From: an uncultured Acidimicrobiales bacterium
GTDB taxonomy: Bacteria > Actinomycetota > Acidimicrobiia > Acidimicrobiales > SHLQ01
Assembly (NCBI GenBank): GCA_964390555.1
Contig: CAYMJU010000125.1
Location: forward strand, 53,940-117,939
Length of the DNA stretch: 64,000 nucleotides
Reading direction: 5' to 3'
The position numbers and the translations under genes were made by a program. The stretch's first letter is position 1. Every line of letters starts with the position of its first letter. Shown here in pieces: positions 1 through 10,580 of the stretch. The notes beneath the pieces are model-generated. The model was not told where the DNA came from. It saw only the letters and a list, made by a program, of their open reading frames with translations, and made no database searches.

Positions 1-492
<492 letters not shown>

Positions 493-834
493 TCAGTAGT
501 TGAGCAACGTCTTGACGACGAGGGCCACTCGGCGGCCGTCTGCGGGACCGACGGCACCGATCCGATGCACCAGCCGTTTGCGGCTGATGGAGCGAAGCAG
601 CTCGCATTGTGCGTAGCTGATGTCCTCGAGCCCGTTGCTCGGCGTGGGATCGAGTTCGACGTGCAGTGACAGCCCGCGTCGAGTTGTCGTCAGCGGCGCC
701 ACGATCACGAACGGAAAGTCTGGTCCGAACGGATCGGACGGCCCGAGAACGAGCGCAGGGCGAAACGATGCCGGCTCGCCCGGGTACGGTGTGCCGAAAT
801 CGACGAGCCACAGCTCATCAACCGAGGCCATCAC
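493..834 (-). CDS. MazF/PemK-family type II toxin
   Basis: 113-aa ORF. ELWLVDFGTPYPGEPASFRPALVLGP and ISYAQCELLRSISRKRL fit the PemK/MazF pattern. It overlaps the upstream small ORF by 17 nt. Confidence 0.7.
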   Translation of the reverse strand: MMASVDELWLVDFGTPYPGEPASFRPALVLGPSDPFGPDFPFVIVAPLTTTRRGLSLHVELDPTPSNGLEDISYAQCELLRSISRKRLVHRIGAVGPADGRRVALVVKTLLNY

Positions 835-1051
835 CCACCGCGTCGTCGGCCTGGGTCGCGTAGCTCTCCCAGGAATCGGGGTCGTCGCGCAGGGTGGCGA
901 GCTCGAGAGCGACTCGATGGGCGAAGCGCTGACGGCGCAGCGCTTCCGCGGCCTCTCGAACCGTCTCGATCAGCGACGCACCCGCCGCCTTGCTCAGATC
1001 GCGCAGCTGGGCATGAGTCTCTTCATCGACACGGATCGTCGTGGTAGCCAC
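818..1051 (-). CDS. Type II antitoxin, ribbon-helix-helix-like partner of the MazF-type toxin
   Basis: 77-aa ORF directly upstream of and overlapping the toxin. MATTTIRVDEETHAQLRDLSKAAG resembles RHH/CopG N-termini, and the C-terminus is acidic. Confidence 0.6.
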   Translation of the reverse strand: MATTTIRVDEETHAQLRDLSKAAGASLIETVREAAEALRRQRFAHRVALELATLRDDPDSWESYATQADDAVGDGLG

Positions 1052-1094
1052 GCGTCGACTCTACATCGAGTAGATGAATCATCTACAACGACGT

Positions 1095-2126
1095 TCAGCC
1101 TTGGCCGCCCGATGCTGCGGTGACCGACTGCTTGCCGGCGGAGATCCACGGCATCATGGCCCGGAGCTTGCCGCCGACCTGCTCGATGCGATGGGTCTTG
1201 CCCTCGGCCTCGAGGCTGAGGAAGTTGGGCCGTCCGGCGCGGGCCTCGCCTACCCACTCCTCGGCGAACTTCCCGGTCTGGATCTCGGACAGGATCTGCT
1301 TCATCGTCGCCCGGACGTGGTCGTCGACCACCCGCGGTCCTCGCGTCAAGTCGCCGTACTCGGCGGTGTCCGACACCGAATAGCGCATCCCGGAGATGCC
1401 TTCCTCGTACATCAAGTCGACGATGAGCTTCAGTTCGTGGAGGCACTCGAAGTAGGCGATCTCGGGTTGGTAACCGGCGTCGACGAGGGTGTCGAAGGCG
1501 CTGCGGACCAGCTCGGTCAGACCGCCGCACAGCACGACCTGCTCGCCGAACAGGTCGGTCTCGCACTCCTCGGTGAAGGTGGTCTCGATGACGCCGGCCC
1601 GTGCGCCGCCGATGGCGTCGGCATAGGCCAATGCCAGCGCCTTGGCCGTTCCGGTGGCGTCGTTCTCGACGGCGATGAGGCACGGCACGCCGCCGCCCTC
1701 GGTGAACGTGCGGCGCACCAGGTGGCCGGGGCCCTTGGGCGCGACCATGGCCACGTCGACGCCCGCCGGCGGCTTGATCAGCCCGAAGCGGATGTTGAAC
1801 CCGTGGCTGAAGAACAGCGCCTTGCCGTCGGTGAGGTGCGGCTCGATCTCGGCCGCGTAGACCGCGGCCTGCTCGGTGTCGGGGAGCAGGATCATGATCA
1901 CGTCGGCCTCGGCACAGGCATCGGCGGTCGACAGCACCCGCAACCCGGCGGCCTCGGCTTTGGCCTTGGATCCCGACCCTTCTCGCAGACCGACCCGCAC
2001 GTCGATGCCGGAGTCCTTCATGTTGAGGGCGTGGGCGTGGCCCTGGGAGCCGTAGCCCAAGATCGCGACCTTGCGACCGGCGATGACCGATCGGTCGGCG
2101 TCGGCTTCGTAGTAGATGTTCGCCAC
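1095..2126 (-). CDS. ilvC: Ketol-acid reductoisomerase
   Basis: 343 aa. [35 protein letters not shown] matches the class I KARI Rossmann motif. GTG start at 2126 is preceded by AAGGAG. Confidence 0.95.
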   Translation of the reverse strand: MANIYYEADADRSVIAGRKVAILGYGSQGHAHALNMKDSGIDVRVGLREGSGSKAKAEAAGLRVLSTADACAEADVIMILLPDTEQAAVYAAEIEPHLTDGKALFFSHGFNIRFGLIKPPAGVDVAMVAPKGPGHLVRRTFTEGGGVPCLIAVENDATGTAKALALAYADAIGGARAGVIETTFTEECETDLFGEQVVLCGGLTELVRSAFDTLVDAGYQPEIAYFECLHELKLIVDLMYEEGISGMRYSVSDTAEYGDLTRGPRVVDDHVRATMKQILSEIQTGKFAEEWVGEARAGRPNFLSLEAEGKTHRIEQVGGKLRAMMPWISAGKQSVTAASGGQG

Positions 2127-2164
2127 AGCGGTTCTCCTTCTGCTCGTTCTCTGGGGACCTGGTC

Positions 2165-2671
2165 TCAGGCCGCCGGGGGCTCTTTGTCGAGGACGGAAAG
2201 GGCGATGCGGCCGGTGCGCTGCATCTCGACGATCCCATACGGTCGCAGCAGTCGCTCGAAGTCGTCCACCCGGGACGGCGATCCGGACAACGCCAGCATG
2301 ATCTTGTCGTGGCCGATGTTCAACGCCTTGGCCTCGAAGATCTGGACGATCTCGAGGATCTCGGACCGGACAGGCGGCACCGCTCGCACGGTGATGAGGA
2401 TGAGCTCGCGCTCGACCGAGTGGGCCGGGTCCAGCTCGCTGATCTCGACGACGTTGATCAGCTTGTCGAGCTGCTTTACCACCTGCTCGAGCGGCGCAGA
2501 TTCGACATCGACGGTGAACGTGATGCGGCTGAATCGCTCGTCGTCGGTGGGGGCCACCGCGAGCGACTCGATGTTGAACCCGCGACGGGCGAAGAGGTTG
2601 GCGACGCGGGCCAGCACACCGGGCTTGTTCTCGACCTTGGTGACGATGGTGTGGAACCGGGGAGCGGCCAT
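2165..2671 (-). CDS. ilvN: Acetolactate synthase small (regulatory, ACT-domain) subunit
   Basis: 168 aa with [33 protein letters not shown]. It lies between ilvB and ilvC. Confidence 0.93.
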   Translation of the reverse strand: MAAPRFHTIVTKVENKPGVLARVANLFARRGFNIESLAVAPTDDERFSRITFTVDVESAPLEQVVKQLDKLINVVEISELDPAHSVERELILITVRAVPPVRSEILEIVQIFEAKALNIGHDKIMLALSGSPSRVDDFERLLRPYGIVEMQRTGRIALSVLDKEPPAA

Positions 2672-2672
2672 G

Positions 2673-4418
2673 TCAGCCCTGCCCCCTCGGATCGGGCTGC
2701 GCCGGGTGCACCATCACGTCGCTGTTCGACGCACCCGCCGGGACCATCGGGAACACCTTCTCACCCGAGTCGACCCGGAACTCGAGCACGACCGGCCGGT
2801 CGTCGACCTCGTTGGCCTTGCGGATCGCCGGTTCGACCTCTTCGGGAGATTCGACGCGCAAGGCGAAGCACCCCATGGCCTCGGCCCACTTGACGTAATC
2901 GGGCAGGCTCGGCGACAGGTACACCTCGCTGTAGCGCTCCTCGTAGAACATCTCCTGCCACTGCCGGACCATGCCCAGGTAGCCGTTGTTCATCAGCGCC
3001 ACCTTCACCGGTATGCGCTCGGTCGACGCCGTCACCAGCTCCTGAGCGGTCATCTGGAAGCAGCCGTCGCCGTCGACGGCCCACACCATCTTGTCGGGTC
3101 GGCCGACCTTGGCGCCGATGGCCGCCGGGATCGAGAAGCCCATGGTCCCGAGACCGCCCGAGTTCACCCACGTGTAGGGGTGGCGGAACTTCCAGTACTG
3201 GCTGGTCCACATCTGGTGCTGGCCCACGCCCGAGCAGACGATTGTGTCCTCGGGGGTGTTGTCGCGGAGCTGCTCGATGACGAACTGCGGCTTGAGCGCC
3301 TCGCCCGGATCGGACGGCTCGTAGTGGAGTGGATAGGTCTCCTGCCACCCGCTTATGCGACTCTTCCACGCCGATCGGTCGGGCTGAGTCGACGGCCCGC
3401 CCATCTCGGCCAGGGCGGCGACCAGCCCCTCGATCGCGAGCCGGCAGTCGCCCTGGATTCCGACGTCGGGCCGGCGCACCTTGCCCAGCTCGGCGGGATC
3501 GATGTCGACGTGGATGATGCGGGCATCGGGGGCGAAACCACCCACCTTCCCGGTCACGCGGTCGTCGAAGCGGCTCCCCAATGCAATCAGCAGATCCGAC
3601 TCCTGCATCGCGGTGACGGCGGTGTAGTTGCCGTGCATGCCGGGCATGCCGAGACACAGCGGGTGGTCGTCGGGGAACGCCCCGCGTGCCATGAGCGTGG
3701 TGACCACGGGGATGCCGGTGAGCTCGGCCAGCTCCCGCAACGCCTCGGCGGCGCGGGCCTTGAGGATGCCGCCACCGGCGTAGAGCACCGGTCGGGTCGC
3801 CGAGCAGATCAGCTCGGCGGCGGCCCGGACCAGCTCCGGATCGGGCGTGTCGTTCGGGTGGTAGCCCGGCAGATCGACCGAGTCGGGCGTGTACCACTCC
3901 ATCGCCGACGCCGGGCTCCTCGGGTCGACGATGTCCTTAGGGATGTCGACGAGCACTGGGCCGGGACGACCGGTCGTGGCGATGTGGAACGCCTCGTGGA
4001 TCACCTGGGGGATGTCCTGGGCCGAGGTGACAAGGAAGTTGTGCTTGGTGACCGCCATGGTGATGCCGGTCGTATCGCACTCCTGGAACGCATCGGTGCC
4101 GATAGCCGCCAGCGGGACCTGGCCGGTGATGCAGACCATCGGCACCGAGTCCAGGTAGGCATCGCACAGTGGGGTGACGATGTTGGTCGCCGCGGGGCCC
4201 GACGTCACCATCGCGACACCAGGGCGGCCGGTGACGTGGGCGAACCCCTCGGCCATGTGTCCGGCACCCTGTTCGTGGCGCACGAGGATGTGGCGTATCG
4301 GCGAGTCGATGATCGGGTCGTACACCGGCAATATGGCGCCGCCGGGCAGGCCGAACATCACCTCGACGCCCTCGTGCTCGAGGGCCTTGACGAGTGCTTG
4401 TCCACCGTTCATCTTCAT
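2673..4418 (-). CDS. ilvB: Acetolactate synthase large subunit
   Basis: ORF 2673-4499 trimmed to ATG 4418 (MKMNGGQALVKALEHEGVEV). ThDP motif GLGTMGFSIPAAIGAK...DGDGCFQM is present. The stop abuts the ilvN start. Confidence 0.93.
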   Translation of the reverse strand: MKMNGGQALVKALEHEGVEVMFGLPGGAILPVYDPIIDSPIRHILVRHEQGAGHMAEGFAHVTGRPGVAMVTSGPAATNIVTPLCDAYLDSVPMVCITGQVPLAAIGTDAFQECDTTGITMAVTKHNFLVTSAQDIPQVIHEAFHIATTGRPGPVLVDIPKDIVDPRSPASAMEWYTPDSVDLPGYHPNDTPDPELVRAAAELICSATRPVLYAGGGILKARAAEALRELAELTGIPVVTTLMARGAFPDDHPLCLGMPGMHGNYTAVTAMQESDLLIALGSRFDDRVTGKVGGFAPDARIIHVDIDPAELGKVRRPDVGIQGDCRLAIEGLVAALAEMGGPSTQPDRSAWKSRISGWQETYPLHYEPSDPGEALKPQFVIEQLRDNTPEDTIVCSGVGQHQMWTSQYWKFRHPYTWVNSGGLGTMGFSIPAAIGAKVGRPDKMVWAVDGDGCFQMTAQELVTASTERIPVKVALMNNGYLGMVRQWQEMFYEERYSEVYLSPSLPDYVKWAEAMGCFALRVESPEEVEPAIRKANEVDDRPVVLEFRVDSGEKVFPMVPAGASNSDVMVHPAQPDPRGQG

Positions 4419-4457
4419 GTCAGAAAGGTCTTTCGCAGAGGGTGGTCGGCCCGGGGT

Positions 4458-4491
4458 GCAAAACGAGAACGACCTCCCGGTTTGGGAGGTC
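4458..4491 (-). terminator. Attenuator terminator of the ilvB leader
   Basis: On the minus strand the sequence is GACCUCCC-aaacc-GGGAGGUC (perfect 8-bp stem, 4471-4491) followed by GUUCUCGUUUUGC. It sits between the leader peptide stop and the ilvB ATG. Confidence 0.55.
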
Positions 4492-4523
4492 GGGAGCACG
4501 CGAACCGCCGGGCGGTCGGCGTG

Positions 4524-4565
4524 CTAACTGATTACTACGAGGAGGTCGGCTGGCGAATAGCGCAT
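4524..4565 (-). CDS. ilvB leader peptide MRYSPADLLVVIS
   Basis: 13-codon ORF (ATG 4565, TAG 4526-4524). It carries a run of five branched-chain codons (L-L-V-V-I) about 30 nt upstream of the terminator hairpin, the classic ilv attenuation layout. Confidence 0.55.
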   Translation of the reverse strand: MRYSPADLLVVIS

Positions 4566-4617
4566 AGCTGACCGCCAGTATGCCCGACACGACCCAAATA
4601 CGCCAACATGGGCGGCG

Positions 4618-5775
4618 ATGACTTCCGCGCCCGCGTCCGACCCAGTGCGGGCGGCGCTGCCGGCCATGATCCTCGGGCGGTTCGTCGGCAATGTGATGTT
4701 CCGGGCAGTGTTCCCGTACACGCGAACCATCGCCGACGAGCTCGGCACCTCGTTAAGCACGGTGGGTTGGTTGCTGAGCGCCCGCGAGCTCGCGGGCGTG
4801 TCGGCCTACCCGCTCGGACCGGTGATCGACGGTGGGCGCCATCGACGCTGGATGGTGCTGATGACCGGCCTGGGCGCGCTCTCGGGCCTGCTGCTCGCCT
4901 TCGGCACGTCAGTGTGGATCGTGGCCTCGGCCATGGTTCTGTTCGGCGTCGCCAAGCCCGTCTACGACACGGCGATGGGCGCCTGGATCGGCGAGAACGT
5001 CCCGTTCGCACGGCGGGGCCGAGTCGTCGGACTCACCGAGCTGTCCTGGGCGGGCGCGTTCCTCGTGGGTCTGCCTCTGCTCGCTCCTCTCGTCGAGCGG
5101 CACTCGTGGAGGGCGCCCTACGTGGTGCTCTTCGTAGCCCAAGCCGGAGCTGGGCTGTGGCTCTGGCGCCGGCTCGCTCCCGACCGACCGCGCGCCGCGC
5201 ATGCCTTCAGTTGGCGGTTCACGCTCACGCCCGGTGGCATCTGGCTGTTCCCGGCGGTCATGGCTCTGGTGGTCGGGCATCAGCTCACTGTGGTCACCTT
5301 CGGTGCCTGGCTCGACGATGAACACGGCCTCGACGCCGGGGGCCTCGGTCTGGTCGCGTTCGCCCTGGGGGTTGCCGAGCTCGTCGGCACGCTCGTCGTG
5401 GTCGCCGTCTCCGATCGGGTCGGCAAGCGTCCGACCATGATCGCCGGATGCCTGACGATGATCCCGGCCATGCTCCTGTTCGGCGCCGCGTCATCGACCA
5501 CAGCGAGCGTGGTCTTGGTGGCGATAGTGCTGGGCGGGTTCGAGGTCGCCTTCATCGCCTCGCTGCCGCTCACGACCGAGATCTCTCCCAACGCCCGAGC
5601 CGCCGTCCTCGGTGCCATGGCGACCGGGTGGACGCTCATGCGTGCGATCGGGTCGGTGGCCGGCACGGTGCTCTACGACAAGGCGGGCATCGGACCCGTC
5701 GGCGTCGTCGGGGCGGTCGCGGTCGGTATCTGCGTCGTCGTGATCGCCGTGATGTTCGAGGAGCCTGCCACGTGA
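4618..5775 (+). CDS. MFS-type transporter
   Basis: 385-aa multi-pass hydrophobic protein. The loop GENVPFARRGRVVGL resembles MFS motif A. Confidence 0.75.
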   Translation: MTSAPASDPVRAALPAMILGRFVGNVMFRAVFPYTRTIADELGTSLSTVGWLLSARELAGVSAYPLGPVIDGGRHRRWMVLMTGLGALSGLLLAFGTSVWIVASAMVLFGVAKPVYDTAMGAWIGENVPFARRGRVVGLTELSWAGAFLVGLPLLAPLVERHSWRAPYVVLFVAQAGAGLWLWRRLAPDRPRAAHAFSWRFTLTPGGIWLFPAVMALVVGHQLTVVTFGAWLDDEHGLDAGGLGLVAFALGVAELVGTLVVVAVSDRVGKRPTMIAGCLTMIPAMLLFGAASSTTASVVLVAIVLGGFEVAFIASLPLTTEISPNARAAVLGAMATGWTLMRAIGSVAGTVLYDKAGIGPVGVVGAVAVGICVVVIAVMFEEPAT

Positions 5776-6344
5776 GGCGCGGCGTGTACCCGGGATCGTT
5801 CAACCCGCCGACAGTCGGGCATCTCGCCATCGCCGACTCCGCCCGGAGCGAACGGCGGCTCGACCGGGTCGTGCTCTGCGTGTCGACGGTTCCCCTCGGC
5901 AAGGGTGTCGTCGACCGTCCCCGCTTCGACGACCGCATCGCCGTGCTGCGAGAGGAGGCGGCGGCCACCGATTGGCTCGACGTGCTGATCACCGACGCTC
6001 AGCTGCTCGTCGACATCGCGGCCGGCTTCGACGTGGTGATCATGGGGGCCGACAAATGGCACCAGATCCACGAGGTCGGTTTCTACGGCGGTTCGTCAGC
6101 CGAGCGCGACGCCGCTATCGCGGCTCTGCCCGAAGTCGCCGTCGCTCCTCGTACCGGCTACGAAGTGCCGCCGGTCCTTCTGCTGAGCACGCCCGAGTCG
6201 GCGTTGTCGATCTCGTCGACCGGTGCCCGCTCCGGCCGCATCGAGTGGATGACCCCGGCGGCCCGCCGCTTCGACCGACTCACCGGCGCCTGGTCCGATC
6301 CCGCCCGCTACGACCGCTTACCGCAGGGTAGACCGACCCTCTGA
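5772..6344 (+). CDS. Cytidylyltransferase-fold nucleotidyltransferase (CoaD/NadD-like)
   Basis: ORF 5448-6344 trimmed to GTG 5772 (GTGA overlap with the MFS stop). GVYPGSFNPPTVGHLAIA matches the (H/T)xGH motif, and SISSTGARS matches the ISSTxxR-like motif. Confidence 0.7.
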   Translation: MRRGVYPGSFNPPTVGHLAIADSARSERRLDRVVLCVSTVPLGKGVVDRPRFDDRIAVLREEAAATDWLDVLITDAQLLVDIAAGFDVVIMGADKWHQIHEVGFYGGSSAERDAAIAALPEVAVAPRTGYEVPPVLLLSTPESALSISSTGARSGRIEWMTPAARRFDRLTGAWSDPARYDRLPQGRPTL

Positions 6345-6349
6345 CCGCG

Positions 6350-6688
6350 TTGTGTGGGCGATTGGCGGATCTGGCCGGAATCGTTCAACCGCCGGCCTGG
6401 CCGACCGATCCGGTACCGGTGACCACCGACACTTCAACCGCCCTGGCCACCGACTTGACGACCAGCGTCGTCGACCTCCGCACTGCGGCGGCCGATCTCG
6501 TCATCTCCACCGACCGGGTCGTCGACGCCTTGCTCGACCTCCGCAACCTCGGTCGCGGGGTAGACCTCGGCCTCGAGTTCACGATCGACGAGCTGTTGGC
6601 CTGCGTGCCGGGGGCGCCGGTCGTCAGCACCGAGTGGTGGCGCTCGGCGCTCGCCGAGCTCGCCGACTACGCGAGCTACCTGTCGTGA
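6350..6688 (+). CDS. Hypothetical protein
   Basis: 112-aa ORF with a TTG start and plausible helical D/L/E-rich composition. Its stop overlaps (GTGA) the start of the downstream lipoprotein. The start is uncertain. Confidence 0.4.
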   Translation: MCGRLADLAGIVQPPAWPTDPVPVTTDTSTALATDLTTSVVDLRTAAADLVISTDRVVDALLDLRNLGRGVDLGLEFTIDELLACVPGAPVVSTEWWRSALAELADYASYLS

Positions 6689-7368
6689 GGCGTTCGTTCA
6701 TCGCGCTGTGCGTCCTCGCTGTCGCCCTCGCTGGCTGCGGCGGCGACGACGACACTTCGACCGAGACCGCCGAGTCCGATACTGGCGACAGCACGGCCTC
6801 CTCAGATTCCGACACGACCGAGTCAACCGTGCCCGACGGGTGCCCGGCCGAGCCGTTCACCGCGGAGATCCAGCTCGACAACGAGTTCGCGGGCGAGCCG
6901 TCGGTGCCGCTCACGACAATGGAGATCGTCGATACCTTCGCCATCCAGATCGACGAGGCCGGATCCGCCTTCACCATCTACTTGGCCGACTACGAGCTCG
7001 ATCGGGCCGCGTTCGACGACCCGTTCTACACACCGGAGCCGGGCGACGGTCAGACACTCGTGACCGTCTTCGTCACCGCGTTCAACGCCGAGGAGGCACT
7101 AGCGCCGCTCGCCGCCGGCGACGTCGTGACCGGGAGCAGCGAGTTCGACACCCGAGTCCTGAACGTGATCGCCCAGCAGGGTGCGGCCTTGTACAACTCG
7201 GGTAACCCCGACGGACAGATCGAGATACTCGCTGTCGACGACTCGTACCTGTGCGCCGCGATCGATTACTTCGACCTGGTCGACCCCAACGACCCGGCGT
7301 CAGCCCAACAGAAGATCGTCCGCGGCTCGTTCACCGCCGAGGTCACGCTCTGGCCCCTCGCCGACTGA
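6685..7368 (+). CDS. Secreted lipoprotein with acidic S/T/D linker
   Basis: In-frame GTG 6685 within ORF 6352-7368. The signal peptide plus lipobox is VRRSFIALCVLAVALAGC, followed by GGDDDTSTETAESD. Confidence 0.7.
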   Translation: MRRSFIALCVLAVALAGCGGDDDTSTETAESDTGDSTASSDSDTTESTVPDGCPAEPFTAEIQLDNEFAGEPSVPLTTMEIVDTFAIQIDEAGSAFTIYLADYELDRAAFDDPFYTPEPGDGQTLVTVFVTAFNAEEALAPLAAGDVVTGSSEFDTRVLNVIAQQGAALYNSGNPDGQIEILAVDDSYLCAAIDYFDLVDPNDPASAQQKIVRGSFTAEVTLWPLAD

Positions 7369-7408
7369 CCTCCTGTAGTTCCTCGGTGATCTAGAGGATC
7401 TGGGGTCC

Positions 7409-7487
7409 GTTCTGGCCGCGGAACTCGACCTTGGAGCGGCGATCTCGCGGCCAGAACGCGACCTCGCCTCCCGGGCGCACGCCCGGG
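7409..7487. terminator. Two hairpins between convergent genes (lipoprotein and ilvD)
   Basis: A perfect 12-bp inverted repeat GTTCTGGCCGCG (7409-7420) / CGCGGCCAGAAC (7446-7457) is followed by CCCGGGCG-ca-CGCCCGGG (7470-7487). No clear U-tract is present. Confidence 0.4.
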
Positions 7488-7542
7488 AAGGGCCGCCAAG
7501 TCGGCGCTACGATCAGCGGAACGGCGCACCGAGCCGCGGGGC

Positions 7543-9234
7543 TCAGGCCTGGGTGACGGCGCCTTTCTCGGCGCCTTGCGCGAGGCGGGCATACTTGGCC
7601 AGGAATCCTGACGTGTAGCGCGGCTCGGGCAGCTTCCAGTTGGCCCGACGTTCATCGAGCGTCGCGGCATCGACGAGCAGGTCGATGGTGTGGGCCAACA
7701 CGTCGATGCGGACGCGATCGCCCTCCTCGACGAACGCTATCGGCCCGCCGTCGACCGCTTCGGGCGCGACGTGGCCCACGCAGAACCCGTGGGTCCCGCC
7801 CGAGAACCGGCCGTCGGTGATCAGTGCGGCGTCGCCGCCGCGCCCGGCCCCCTTCATGGCGCCGGTGATGGCCAGCATCTCGCGCATGCCCGGGCCGCCC
7901 TTGGGGCCCTCGTAGCGGATGACCACGATGTCACCGGCCTCGATGCGGCCCCCGAGCACCGCCTCCATGGCCCCGTCCTCGCCGTCGAACACGCGGGCCC
8001 GGCCCTCGAAGAAATCGACGTCGAGGCCGGCCACCTTGACGACCGCGCCGTTCGGCGCCAACGAGCCTCGCAGCACCGCGATCCCGCCCAGCTGATGCAG
8101 CGGGTCGTCCCACCGGTGCACGACCTCGCCGTCGGGACCCGGCGGCTTGATCAGCTCGAGGTTCTCGCGCATCGTCCGGCCGGTCACCGTGATCTCGTCG
8201 CCATGGAGCACATGCTGGTCGAGCAACATCTGCATGACGACCGGAACGCCGCCGATGCGATCGAGGTCGACCATGTGGTATTTGCCGTGCGGTCTGGTGT
8301 CGGCCAGGTGCGGGACCTTGGCCGCGACCTTGTTGAAGTCGTCGAGCTCGAGCTCGACCCCGGCCTCCCAGGCAATCGCCAGGAGATGCAGCACGGCGTT
8401 GGTCGACCCGCCGAGGGCCATGGTGACGGCGATGGCGTTCTCGAACGCGGCCTTGGTGAGGATGTGGCGCGGCCGGATGTCGTGGCGAAGCAGGTTCATC
8501 ACCGCGGTGCCCGAGGCGTAGGCGTATTCGTCGCGCCGGCGATCGACGGCTGCGGCCGAGGCCGAGCCGGGCAGCGACATGCCCAGGGCCTCGCCGATCG
8601 ACGCCATGGTGTTGGCGGTGAACATGCCGGCGCACGAACCCTCGGTCGGGCAGGCGTTGCGCTCGATCGCTGCGAGCTCGGAATCGGGCAGGTTGCCGAC
8701 GGCGTGGGCACCCACCGCCTCGAACACCGACACGATGTCGAGCACCTGCCCGTTGTGGTTGCCGGGCAGGATCGATCCGCCGTACACGAACACCGACGGC
8801 AGGTTGATGCGCGCCGCCGCCATCAACATGCCGGGAAGTGACTTGTCGCAGCCGGCGAAGCTCACGAAAGCGTCGAGGCGCTCGGCGTGCATCATGCACT
8901 CAACCGAGTCGGCGATGATCTCGCGGCTCACCAACGAGGCGCGCATGCCCTCGTGGCCCATGGAGATGCCGTCGGACACCGCGATGGTCGTGAACTCGAG
9001 AGGGAATCCACCGGCGGCGCGCACGCCCAGTTTGGCTTGCTTGGCCAGCCGGTCGAGCGGCAGGTTGCACGGGGTGACCTCGTTCCACGACGACGCGACA
9101 CCGACCTGGGACTTGCCGAAGTCGTCGTCGGACATCCCAATGGCCCTCAGCATGGCTCGGGCCGGCGCCCGCTTGGGGCCCTCGGTGACCTCGTGGGAGC
9201 GCGGTTTCGGTGACGGTGCGGGCGAGTCGGCCAT
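7543..9234 (-). CDS. ilvD: Dihydroxy-acid dehydratase
   Basis: 563 aa. [32 protein letters not shown] and CDKSLPGM are IlvD/Edd family signatures. Confidence 0.95.
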   Translation of the reverse strand: MADSPAPSPKPRSHEVTEGPKRAPARAMLRAIGMSDDDFGKSQVGVASSWNEVTPCNLPLDRLAKQAKLGVRAAGGFPLEFTTIAVSDGISMGHEGMRASLVSREIIADSVECMMHAERLDAFVSFAGCDKSLPGMLMAAARINLPSVFVYGGSILPGNHNGQVLDIVSVFEAVGAHAVGNLPDSELAAIERNACPTEGSCAGMFTANTMASIGEALGMSLPGSASAAAVDRRRDEYAYASGTAVMNLLRHDIRPRHILTKAAFENAIAVTMALGGSTNAVLHLLAIAWEAGVELELDDFNKVAAKVPHLADTRPHGKYHMVDLDRIGGVPVVMQMLLDQHVLHGDEITVTGRTMRENLELIKPPGPDGEVVHRWDDPLHQLGGIAVLRGSLAPNGAVVKVAGLDVDFFEGRARVFDGEDGAMEAVLGGRIEAGDIVVIRYEGPKGGPGMREMLAITGAMKGAGRGGDAALITDGRFSGGTHGFCVGHVAPEAVDGGPIAFVEEGDRVRIDVLAHTIDLLVDAATLDERRANWKLPEPRYTSGFLAKYARLAQGAEKGAVTQA

Positions 9235-9269
9235 GCCCCGACGATAATCGCCGGGTGCCGCCCTCCCGC

Positions 9270-10577
9270 ATGTTCAACACCACCGATCGGGAGATCTGGC
9301 GGCTGGCCCTGCCGGCGCTCGGCGCCCTCACCGCCGAGCCGCTGTACATCCTCGCCGACACCGCGGTCGTCGGGCACCTCGGCCGCGACCAGCTGGCGGG
9401 CCTGGCTCTCGCGGCCGCCGTGTTGTTGACGATCAACGCCGTTCTGACGTTCCTCGCCTACGGCACCACGTCGTCGGTAGCCCGCCTCATCGGGGCCGGC
9501 CGCGCCGAGGAGGCCACCTACCAGGCCGTACAGGCCATATGGATGGCTCTGGGCATCGGCCTCGCCATCACCGTGGTTGGTTGGCCGCTGACGCCCGTAC
9601 TCATCGGGCTGCTCGGCGGCGAAGGCAACGTGGCCGTGCAGGGCGAGATCTACCTACGGGTGAGCTTGCTCGGCGTGCCGGCGCTGTTGGTCATGTTGGC
9701 CGGCGTGGGCTTCCTCCGCGGCCGCCGGGACACCGCACGTCCCCTTCTCGTCGCCGTCGCCACCGCCGCGCTGAACCTGGTGCTCGAGCTGGTGCTGATC
9801 TACCGGTTCGACCAGGGCATCGGCGCGTCGGCTCTGGGCACCGTGATCGCCCAATGGACCGGAGCGGTCGCCTACCTGTTCTGGATCGTCCGGGCGGCCC
9901 GAGCGATCGGCGTTTCCCTGCGTCCGAGCCGAAGCCGCATCCGCCGGCTGCTTCAGGTGGCCTCTCACCTCATCGTCCGCACCACGGCGCTGCGGGCATC
10001 CCTCGTCGTCGCTACCGCTATCGCCGCCGGCATCGGCACCGACGACCTGGCCGCCCATCAGATCGGCTACGAGGTGTGGAGCTTCCTCGCCTTCGTCCAC
10101 GACGCCGTCGCCATCGCCGCCCAGTCCCTCGTCGGGCACGCCCTCGGCGCGGGCGACGTCGCCGGTGCCCGCCGGATCGGCGCTCGCACGTTGCGGTGGG
10201 GGGTACTGAGCGGCACGGCGCTGGCGCTGCCGCTCCTCCTCGCCGGCGAACCGCTCGCCCGGCTGTTCACCGACGACACGGCCGTAGCCGAGCTGGCCGG
10301 GTTCGTGTTGGTGTGGGTCGCCATCGTGCAGCCGGTCGGCGCGGTCGTGTTCGCCCTCGACGGTGTACTGATCGGCGCGGGTGATCTGCGCTACCTCGCC
10401 TACGCGATGGTGGCGGCGGCCCTGAGTTTCGGGCTCGCCGCCACCATCGTGGTCATCCTCGGGTTGGGCATCGGCTGGCTGTGGGCCGCCGTGGCCGTGT
10501 TCCTGGGCGTTCGCCTGGTCGGCCTGTCGTTGCGCTACCGCAGCGACGCGTGGCTGATCACCGGCGCCCGTGATTGA
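9270..10577 (+). CDS. MATE-family efflux transporter (DinF-like)
   Basis: ORF 9210-10577 trimmed to ATG 9270 ([38 protein letters not shown]). The protein has about 12 hydrophobic segments. Confidence 0.85.
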   Translation: MFNTTDREIWRLALPALGALTAEPLYILADTAVVGHLGRDQLAGLALAAAVLLTINAVLTFLAYGTTSSVARLIGAGRAEEATYQAVQAIWMALGIGLAITVVGWPLTPVLIGLLGGEGNVAVQGEIYLRVSLLGVPALLVMLAGVGFLRGRRDTARPLLVAVATAALNLVLELVLIYRFDQGIGASALGTVIAQWTGAVAYLFWIVRAARAIGVSLRPSRSRIRRLLQVASHLIVRTTALRASLVVATAIAAGIGTDDLAAHQIGYEVWSFLAFVHDAVAIAAQSLVGHALGAGDVAGARRIGARTLRWGVLSGTALALPLLLAGEPLARLFTDDTAVAELAGFVLVWVAIVQPVGAVVFALDGVLIGAGDLRYLAYAMVAAALSFGLAATIVVILGLGIGWLWAAVAVFLGVRLVGLSLRYRSDAWLITGARD

Positions 10578-10580
10578 CGT

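Noticed and set aside
1074-4571. A 1165-aa ORF on the plus strand spanning the whole ilvC-ilvN-ilvB region.
   Set aside because: It is antisense to three genes with unmistakable family motifs. Its translation is low-complexity (R/G/A/D/L-rich). Long stop-free antisense frames are expected at this G+C content. It is a shadow ORF.
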